From: Syntrophus sp. GWC2_56_31 | Lineage (GTDB): Bacteria > Desulfobacterota > Syntrophia > Syntrophales > UBA5619 | Length of the DNA: 51,617 nt | Assembly (NCBI GenBank): GCA_001829875.1 | Contig: MICN01000097.1 | Coordinates: 1 to 51,617 of the forward strand | Direction of reading: 5' to 3' | Part shown: positions 45,998 through 51,617 of the stretch, in pieces | Numbering within the stretch: the stretch's first letter is position 1 | Layout: each line of letters opens with the position of its first letter | Notes under the pieces: model-generated | What the model was told of the DNA's origin: nothing | Databases searched by the model: none | What the model saw: the letters and a program-made list of their open reading frames with translations, nothing else | Made by a program: the position numbers and the translations under genes

Positions 45998-46152
45998 TCG
46001 ACGGCTACGTAAAAAGCCCGGATGCTGCGTTGCGCTTCGTCCCTCGTTGCTGCGGCGTACGAAAAAGTACGCCTCACTCCTCAGGACTCGCGCGCCTTGC
46101 CTGCGGCCTTTTTACGAAGCCGTCACAGTTTCACGTTTTTAAAATTACTACG
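45998..46152. repeat. ~155-nt structured repeat, copy 2
   Basis: Collinear with 24157-24313 and starts 3 nt after the ftsZ stop. Central hairpin is GGCGTAC-GAAAAA-GTACGCC. Right arm CTTTTTACGAAGCCGTC is conserved. Confidence 0.85.
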
Positions 46153-46169
46153 AGGCCGTTAACTCAGTA

Positions 46170-47876
46170 ATGTCATGGAAACTGAAGAAGAAATGCCTTG
46201 ATCTCCTCGCCGGGGAGGACGGGGGCGTCCGGAAGATCTGGGGGGAGGCCGTGACAATCTGCCTCGCCTATCCGAATGTCTACCGGACCGGGATGTCCAA
46301 TCTCGGGTTTCAGGCCGTCTACGCCCTCATCAACCATCATCCCGCCTGCCTGTGCGAACGGGTCTTTCTCCCCGATTCCGGCGATGAGGCGCTCCATGTC
46401 GCATCTGCCGGTTCGCTCTTCAGCCTGGAATCGCAACGGCCATTGGTCGACTTTGACATGGTGGCGTTCTCCCTTTCCTTTGAAAACGACTATCCCAACA
46501 TCCTAAAGATTCTCGATATGGCTGCGATCCCTCTCACAGCGAAGGCGAGAGGCGAGAAAGCCCCTCTGGTGATCGGCGGCGGCATTGCCGTCACCCTGAA
46601 TCCCGAACCCCTCGCCGACTTCTTTGACCTCTTTCTGATCGGCGAAGGCGAGGCCCTGCTCCCCGATTTTCTCGACGCGGCGGTCGCCTTCCACAGAAAA
46701 CTCAAACGGGAGGCGTTTCTTGACCGAATACAGAGAGAAGTCCCCGGGGCGTACGTCCCCCGCTTTTACCGGGTAGCCACCGATACGCAAGGACGCATCG
46801 CAGCCCGGGAGCCCCTGGACGATGCCTTCACCCCGCGGATCGTCCGGCGCTTCGCCGCCGACCTCAACTCCTTCCCAACCGAGCAAGTCATCACGACAGA
46901 CAACAGCGATTTCGGCGGCATGTTCCTTACGGAAGTCAGTCGGGGATGCCGACGGGGTTGCCGCTTCTGCGCCGCCGGTCACGCCTGCGGACCCGTGCGT
47001 TTCCGCAGCGCCGCGACCCTGGCGGCATCCTTCCGCCGGGGTCTGGAAAAGAGGAAGAACATCGGCCTGTTAGGTACAGCGGTCTCGGACCATCCCGAAC
47101 TCATCCCCCTGTGCCGCTCCATCATGGAAAAAGGGGGATCGGTCGCCATCGGCTCCCTCCGTATGGATCGCCTCAACGGATCGATTGCGGCGCTTCTTAA
47201 GGAAACCGGCGTGAAGACCCTCTCGCTCGCCCCCGAGGCCGGATCCCAGCGCCTCCGGGACCTGATCCGCAAAGGGATTACCGAAGCGGAGATATTTTCC
47301 GCAGTGGACAACCTTTTGGAATATGATATAGTGTATTTGAGGCTATACTTCATGGTCGGCCTGCCGACGGAGACGGACGAAGATGTGGAGGCCATCATCC
47401 GTCTGGTGAAGGCAATGGAACACCGAGCCCGCCATTCATCTGCGGGAGCAAAAGGGTTTCGGCGTTTGACGCTCAGCATCAACCAGTTCATCCCGAAGCC
47501 TGCGACGCCGTTCCAGTGGTGCCCCCTGGAGGATACGGCGGTCGTCAAGCGGAGAATCCGGCGGATCACCACCAGCCTCCGCGGCGAGAGGGCAGTCTCG
47601 GTCATCCACGACCTCCCGAAATGGAACTACATCCAGGCATTACTCTCCCTTGGCGACAGACGGGTGGGAGAGCTGCTTCTCGCAGTCCATCGGTTCGAGG
47701 GCAACTGGGCACAAGCCTTCAGGGAGGTGAATCTGAATGCCAACTTCTATGTTTACCGCCGTAAGGAAACCGGGGAAATCCTGCCGTGGGATTTCATCGA
47801 TCACGGTGTAGAAAAAGCGTTTCTAGCGAGCGAATACCGGAAAGCCGTCGAGACCACGGGGGGGACAGATCTTTAA
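46170..47876 (+). CDS. B12-binding-domain-type radical SAM protein (TIGR03960-like family)
   Basis: 568 aa. N-terminal B12-like domain and radical SAM motif SRGCRRGCRFCAAG. The subfamily assignment is from memory. Confidence 0.8.
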   Translation: MSWKLKKKCLDLLAGEDGGVRKIWGEAVTICLAYPNVYRTGMSNLGFQAVYALINHHPACLCERVFLPDSGDEALHVASAGSLFSLESQRPLVDFDMVAFSLSFENDYPNILKILDMAAIPLTAKARGEKAPLVIGGGIAVTLNPEPLADFFDLFLIGEGEALLPDFLDAAVAFHRKLKREAFLDRIQREVPGAYVPRFYRVATDTQGRIAAREPLDDAFTPRIVRRFAADLNSFPTEQVITTDNSDFGGMFLTEVSRGCRRGCRFCAAGHACGPVRFRSAATLAASFRRGLEKRKNIGLLGTAVSDHPELIPLCRSIMEKGGSVAIGSLRMDRLNGSIAALLKETGVKTLSLAPEAGSQRLRDLIRKGITEAEIFSAVDNLLEYDIVYLRLYFMVGLPTETDEDVEAIIRLVKAMEHRARHSSAGAKGFRRLTLSINQFIPKPATPFQWCPLEDTAVVKRRIRRITTSLRGERAVSVIHDLPKWNYIQALLSLGDRRVGELLLAVHRFEGNWAQAFREVNLNANFYVYRRKETGEILPWDFIDHGVEKAFLASEYRKAVETTGGTDL

Positions 47877-47921
47877 ATCTATCCCCATCACCAGCCTCCC
47901 CATAAGCAAGGAGACAAGAAC

Positions 47922-50672
47922 ATGACCATTATCCATTTACCAAAGGCCCAAGCCAGGCAGATGAAAGGGATGATCGTCTTTGTCGTTGCGCTGGTCATAT
48001 TTGTTGCTTTACTTCGGATCATCGGTCTGATTACCGACTGGTTCTGGTTCCAGGAGGTGGGTTACGAGACGATCTTCACTGTGACCCTCCTGGCGAAGAT
48101 CAAGACCGGCGCCCTTTTCGGTGCGGGCTTTTTTCTTATCCTTTACATCAATCTGCTGATCGCCATGCGGTTGTCGCGGGAACCCCTTTTTGGCGATCCG
48201 GCGGCAGGGTTCGCTCTCCCCTTCAGGGAAATAGAACCGGCTTCCCTCAAGATACTGATCCTCGCGGGCTCGCTCCTCATCGGTCTTTTTTCCGCCGCCA
48301 ACGGATCCGCCCAGTGGGAAAACCTGCTCCTCCTCCTGAATCCCTCCCCCTTCGGCGTCACCGACCCGCTCTTTGAGAAGGATATCGGTTTCTATGTCTT
48401 CCAGCTTCCCTTTCTCCTGCACCTTTTCGGGTGGTTGAAGTTCGTCCTGATCGTGACGGCGGCGGCGACGGGATTCATCTATCTGACCCGGCGTTCATTC
48501 CTGTTCATACCGCCCCGAATATTCAAGATCGCCCCTGCCGCACGGATGCATCTGGCGCTTCTTCTGTCCCTCTTTTTTTTCTGGGGCGTCTTGGGCGCCT
48601 GGCTCGATCTCAACAACCTCCTCTTCACGAAGCGGGGGGTGGTCTTCGGCCCGGGATACACCGAGGTGACCACACAGATCTGGGTGCTGAAACTCATGAT
48701 GGGACTCTATGCCCTCGCCGGTCTTTCCGCGATCACTTTTGCCATCCGCCAGGACTGGCGTTTTCCGGCGGCAGCGATCCTGTTGCTCGTCGCCACGAGT
48801 GTCCTGGGCCAAGGCGTCTACCCCTCCCTCATCCAGAAATTCCAGGTCATTCCCAACGAGATCGTCGCCGAGACACCCTATCTGGAGAAGAACATCCGAT
48901 ACACCCGTCTCGCCTATGGCCTTACACAGATCGAAGAGCAAGAGTTTCCGACGGAAGAGAACCTCACGGCGAAGGACCTCGAGAAGAATGTTCTCACTGT
49001 GAAGAACATACGGTTGTGGGACCATGCACCGCTGCTCCAGACATACGCCCAGCTCCAGGAGATGCGGACCTACTACAAATTCACAGGCGTCGATAACGAC
49101 CGCTACACGATCGACGGCGAATACCGACAGATCATGCTCTCTCCGAGGGAGATCTCCTATCCGGCCCTGCCCTCCCGAACCTGGGTCAACGAGCATCTCG
49201 CTTACACCCACGGTTACGGCGTCGTCGTAGGCCCGGTGAACCGCGTCTCCGCCGAGGGGCTCCCGGAGTTTTTCATCAAGGACATCCCCCCCGTCTCGAC
49301 GGCCTCTCTGAAGGTCACTCGTCCCGAGATCTATTTCGGGGAGAACTCCAACGAATATGTGTTCGTCCGGACCAAGATGCCCGAATTCGACTACCCCGTG
49401 GGAGACAAGAATGTTTACTCGCGCTATGAAGGAAAGGGAGGCGTCCCCCTCTCTTTCCTGAAAAAATTGATATTTGCGGCCCGGTTCGGATCGATCACGA
49501 TGCTGCTGTCGGACGACATCACCTCCGAAAGCCGCATCGTCTACCACCGGAACGTCCGCGAGCGGGTCTCGATGATCGCCCCCTTTGCCCGCCTGGATCA
49601 CGACCCCTATCTCGTCGTCTCCCCCGAGGGGCGGCTGCTGTGGTTCATCGACGGTTACACGGTCACGGACCGTTTCCCCTACTCGGAGCCGACCCCGGAT
49701 ATGGGGAATTACATCCGCAACACCGTCAAGGCGATCGTGGACGCCTACGACGGGACGGTCCAGCTCTATGTAAGCGACCCGACCGATCCGATCATGCAGA
49801 CCTACAGCCGGATCTTCCCCGGCGTCTTTAAACCGATGGAAGCGATGCCCGAGGCGCTCCGGAACCATGTCCGCTATCCGCCCGGACTGATGACGATCCA
49901 GGCGCGGATGTACCGGGCGTATCACATGCAGGATCCGCAGGTCTTCTACAACAAGGAGGACCTCTGGTCCATCCCCGGAAAGCAGGTCTCCGGCAAGGGC
50001 AGCAAGCAGGTTATGGACCCCTACTACACGATCATGAAGCTCCCCGGGGCCGAGAAGGAGGAGTTCATCCTCCTTGCACCGTTCACCCCCAGCATGAAGG
50101 ACAACATGTCGGCATGGATGGCCGCCCGCTGCGATGCTCCCAATTACGGAAAAGTGATCGTCTACAAGTTCCCCAAGCAGAAACTGGTCTACGGCCCCCG
50201 CCAGATCGAGGCCCGGATCGACCAGGATACGAATATCTCACAGCAGCTGACACTCTGGCAGCAGCATGGATCGAATGTGATCCGGGGGAGCCTCCTGGCG
50301 ATCCCGATCGAGAAATCGATCCTCTACGTCGAATCCCTCTACCTGGCGGCCTCCAACGGCCAGCTTCCCGAGCTCAAAAGGGTCATCGTCGCTTACGGCA
50401 ACAACATCGCCATGGAGGAAACGCTCGATCTGTCCCTTCGGAAGATCTTCGGCGGGGGGCCGATGAAAGACCGGGAGTTGCGGGCGGAGGCAACCAAGCC
50501 GGCGGCCGGCGGTGAGATGAGCGACCGGCAGACGGCCCTCGAAGCCCTCGGCCATTTCCGGAAGGCGCAGGAATTTCTCCGGCAGGGGAACTGGGGGGCA
50601 TTCGGCGAGGAGCTCAAGAAAACGGGCGAGATCCTTCTTACCCTTGAAAAAAAGGGCGGAAAAGCAAAATAA
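47922..50672 (+). CDS. UPF0182 family membrane protein
   Basis: 916 aa. Seven N-terminal TM spans, then a large soluble region with the UPF0182 patterns NIRYTRLAYGL, IRLWD..PL..TY.QLQE.R.YY.F and LAYTHGYG, and a C-terminal ..GNWGAFGEELK. Confidence 0.85.
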   Translation: MTIIHLPKAQARQMKGMIVFVVALVIFVALLRIIGLITDWFWFQEVGYETIFTVTLLAKIKTGALFGAGFFLILYINLLIAMRLSREPLFGDPAAGFALPFREIEPASLKILILAGSLLIGLFSAANGSAQWENLLLLLNPSPFGVTDPLFEKDIGFYVFQLPFLLHLFGWLKFVLIVTAAATGFIYLTRRSFLFIPPRIFKIAPAARMHLALLLSLFFFWGVLGAWLDLNNLLFTKRGVVFGPGYTEVTTQIWVLKLMMGLYALAGLSAITFAIRQDWRFPAAAILLLVATSVLGQGVYPSLIQKFQVIPNEIVAETPYLEKNIRYTRLAYGLTQIEEQEFPTEENLTAKDLEKNVLTVKNIRLWDHAPLLQTYAQLQEMRTYYKFTGVDNDRYTIDGEYRQIMLSPREISYPALPSRTWVNEHLAYTHGYGVVVGPVNRVSAEGLPEFFIKDIPPVSTASLKVTRPEIYFGENSNEYVFVRTKMPEFDYPVGDKNVYSRYEGKGGVPLSFLKKLIFAARFGSITMLLSDDITSESRIVYHRNVRERVSMIAPFARLDHDPYLVVSPEGRLLWFIDGYTVTDRFPYSEPTPDMGNYIRNTVKAIVDAYDGTVQLYVSDPTDPIMQTYSRIFPGVFKPMEAMPEALRNHVRYPPGLMTIQARMYRAYHMQDPQVFYNKEDLWSIPGKQVSGKGSKQVMDPYYTIMKLPGAEKEEFILLAPFTPSMKDNMSAWMAARCDAPNYGKVIVYKFPKQKLVYGPRQIEARIDQDTNISQQLTLWQQHGSNVIRGSLLAIPIEKSILYVESLYLAASNGQLPELKRVIVAYGNNIAMEETLDLSLRKIFGGGPMKDRELRAEATKPAAGGEMSDRQTALEALGHFRKAQEFLRQGNWGAFGEELKKTGEILLTLEKKGGKAK

Positions 50673-50693
50673 GATTAAACTCTTCAGGAGGTT

Positions 50694-51419
50694 ATGGTCA
50701 TGGACAAGCTTAGCGCGACGGCATCCGCTGCCGCATGCAGAGTAAGGGGGGGAGACCCTGGCCGGTGGCCAATCCGGATAGCCATCTGCCTGTGTCTGCT
50801 GTTTTTACTCAACGGCTGCGCACCCCAAATATATAACATCAGCTTGCGGTATGAACCTACGAAAGTCATTCCGGCGGCGGTGACCGACGGTAGAAAATAC
50901 AGCCTGATAGTGGCATCGTTTACCGATCAGCGAAAGATAGACGACCCCCTGCTGATCGGCCGGGTGATCAAATCGGATGGGACACCGATCCCGATCCTGC
51001 CCAGATACGCCAAACCGACGGACACCGTCGCTGCTGCTCTCCGTGAGCTTTTATCCAAGTCAGGCTACGCCGTCGCACCGGACAGGCCAACCTGGGACCT
51101 CGACGAGAACACCCTCAAGCCGGAATGGGGGAAAATCCTTATCGGCGGGACCATCGACGCGCTCGATGTCACCTGTATCGAGATGTTCACAATGAAACGT
51201 TACAGCGCAAAAGTACGGGTCACACTCATCTTCGCAGACGTCCAAGCGAAGCGGATCTTCTATCGGGTTGTCTCGGAGAGCAGTTCCTCCCTGGATCATA
51301 TCCTCACCTCGGAGGAAAGGCTCGAAAGCCAGATCAACGGCGTCCTGTCGGACGCCATGGAAAAGGCGATCGAGGGACCGGAAACGGGTCGTCAAATTCA
51401 GGAGGCGCTCAGAAAGTAG
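50694..51419 (+). CDS. lipoprotein of unknown function
   Basis: Lipobox LLNGCA after a hydrophobic h-region. AGGAGG lies just upstream; ATG 50700 is an alternative start. No family recognised. Confidence 0.55.
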   Translation: MVMDKLSATASAAACRVRGGDPGRWPIRIAICLCLLFLLNGCAPQIYNISLRYEPTKVIPAAVTDGRKYSLIVASFTDQRKIDDPLLIGRVIKSDGTPIPILPRYAKPTDTVAAALRELLSKSGYAVAPDRPTWDLDENTLKPEWGKILIGGTIDALDVTCIEMFTMKRYSAKVRVTLIFADVQAKRIFYRVVSESSSSLDHILTSEERLESQINGVLSDAMEKAIEGPETGRQIQEALRK

Positions 51420-51422
51420 CGA

Positions 51423-51482
51423 GAAAATGGGGACGGAGCCCCTATTTTCTCGCGGCAAAATAGGGGCTCCGTCCCCATTTTC
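51423..51482. repeat. 60-nt perfect palindrome (26-bp arms, 8-nt loop) between convergent genes; likely bidirectional terminator or REP-like element
   Basis: GAAAATGGGGACGGAGCCCCTATTTT-CTCGCGGC-AAAATAGGGGCTCCGTCCCCATTTTC. The core GGGACGGAGCCCCTATT matches 13770-13786 at 16 of 17 positions. Confidence 0.8.
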
Positions 51483-51493
51483 CCCATTTTCCC

Positions 51494-51617
51494 TTATAAA
51501 GGTGATCGATCGAGAAAAGATGGCTTGCCGATCGCGAACTTCATATATTCAGACATTAAGAGGTTTTCCTGCTCTTCCCGGCTCATCCCGCGAAGGTATT
51601 TCCCGCTTTCGATCAGC
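51494..51617 (-). CDS. 3' end of an unidentified CDS running off the window
   Basis: The minus-strand frame is open from the window edge: LIESGKYLRGMSREEQENLLMSEYMKFAIGKPSFLDRSPL*. The stop is at 51496-51494. It is too short to be in the ORF track, and no family is recognised. Confidence 0.3.
   Translation of the reverse strand, partial: LIESGKYLRGMSREEQENLLMSEYMKFAIGKPSFLDRSPL

Noticed and set aside
48495-49925. 476-aa ORF on the minus strand.
   Set aside because: It is entirely antisense to the UPF0182 gene, which has strong family-specific motifs. The product is Arg/Gly/Pro/Asp-rich, as expected for the antisense frame of GC-rich coding DNA. No RBS or family resemblance was seen.
1-51617. 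Looked for rRNA, tRNA (including tRNA-Sec), tmRNA/SRP/RNase P/6S signatures, CRISPR arrays, transposase, integrase or phage genes, toxin-antitoxin pairs and known defence-system genes.
   Set aside because: None was recognised in any intergenic region or in the six-frame track. The only repetitive DNA is the three small structured repeat families reported above.

Overview
51.6-kb bacterial chromosomal window, read by eye only. No searches or folding programs were run, and family calls rest on remembered motifs. Most of it is GC-rich and densely coding with conserved housekeeping genes. Gene content suggests a Gram-negative, selenocysteine-using anaerobe of the Desulfobacterota/deltaproteobacterial type, but that taxon is inference. 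Layout: (i) 1-6.9 kb is a more accessory stretch. It holds a lower-GC minus-strand operon (small membrane protein, HAD hydrolase, DUF3467-like protein, PaaI thioesterase), a MerB-family gene with two in-frame TGA codons, a truncated nitroreductase remnant, a nitrilase, an RDD::LptB fusion and an RNase HI with an N-terminal hybrid-binding domain. (ii) 6.9-14.7 kb: pyruvate kinase, acyl-CoA ligase, IHF/HU, PspC-domain protein, S41 protease, TPR lipoprotein and a LolB-like lipoprotein. (iii) 14.7-19.9 kb, minus strand: a complete Tol-Pal operon, tolQ-tolR-tolA-tolB-pal-cpoB. (iv) 20.0-22.8 kb, minus strand: epmB-efp-epmA, the EF-P beta-lysylation module. (v) 23.0-27.3 kb: an eRF1/Pelota-like (baeRF-type) hypothetical gene, convergent with selB plus a YhaM-like OB/HD exoribonuclease gene. 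(vi) 27.4-46.0 kb: ruvX-mltG followed by a full dcw cluster, mraZ-rsmH-ftsL-ftsI-murE-murF-mraY-murD-ftsW-murG-murC-murB-ftsQ-ftsA-ftsZ, with no ddl. (vii) 46.2-51.4 kb: a B12-type radical SAM protein, a UPF0182 membrane protein and a lipoprotein. No rRNA, tRNA, CRISPR array, transposase or integrase was recognised. The strongest lead is the MerB-like gene at 2236-2943. Both TGA codons fall exactly where MerB carries its catalytic cysteines (Cys96, Cys159), and each is followed about 18-20 nt downstream by a stem-loop with a GGUC apical loop. With selB in the same window, a two-selenocysteine MerB-family protein is more likely than a pseudogene. Other leads: three unrelated families of structured repeats (a ~50-nt unit around and inside rnhA, a ~155-nt rod-like element present twice, and long perfect palindromes sharing a GGGAC(A/G)GAGCCCCTATT core); a highly structured 270-nt spacer inside the tol-pal operon; the RDD::LptB fusion; and the eRF1-like gene among translation-factor genes.
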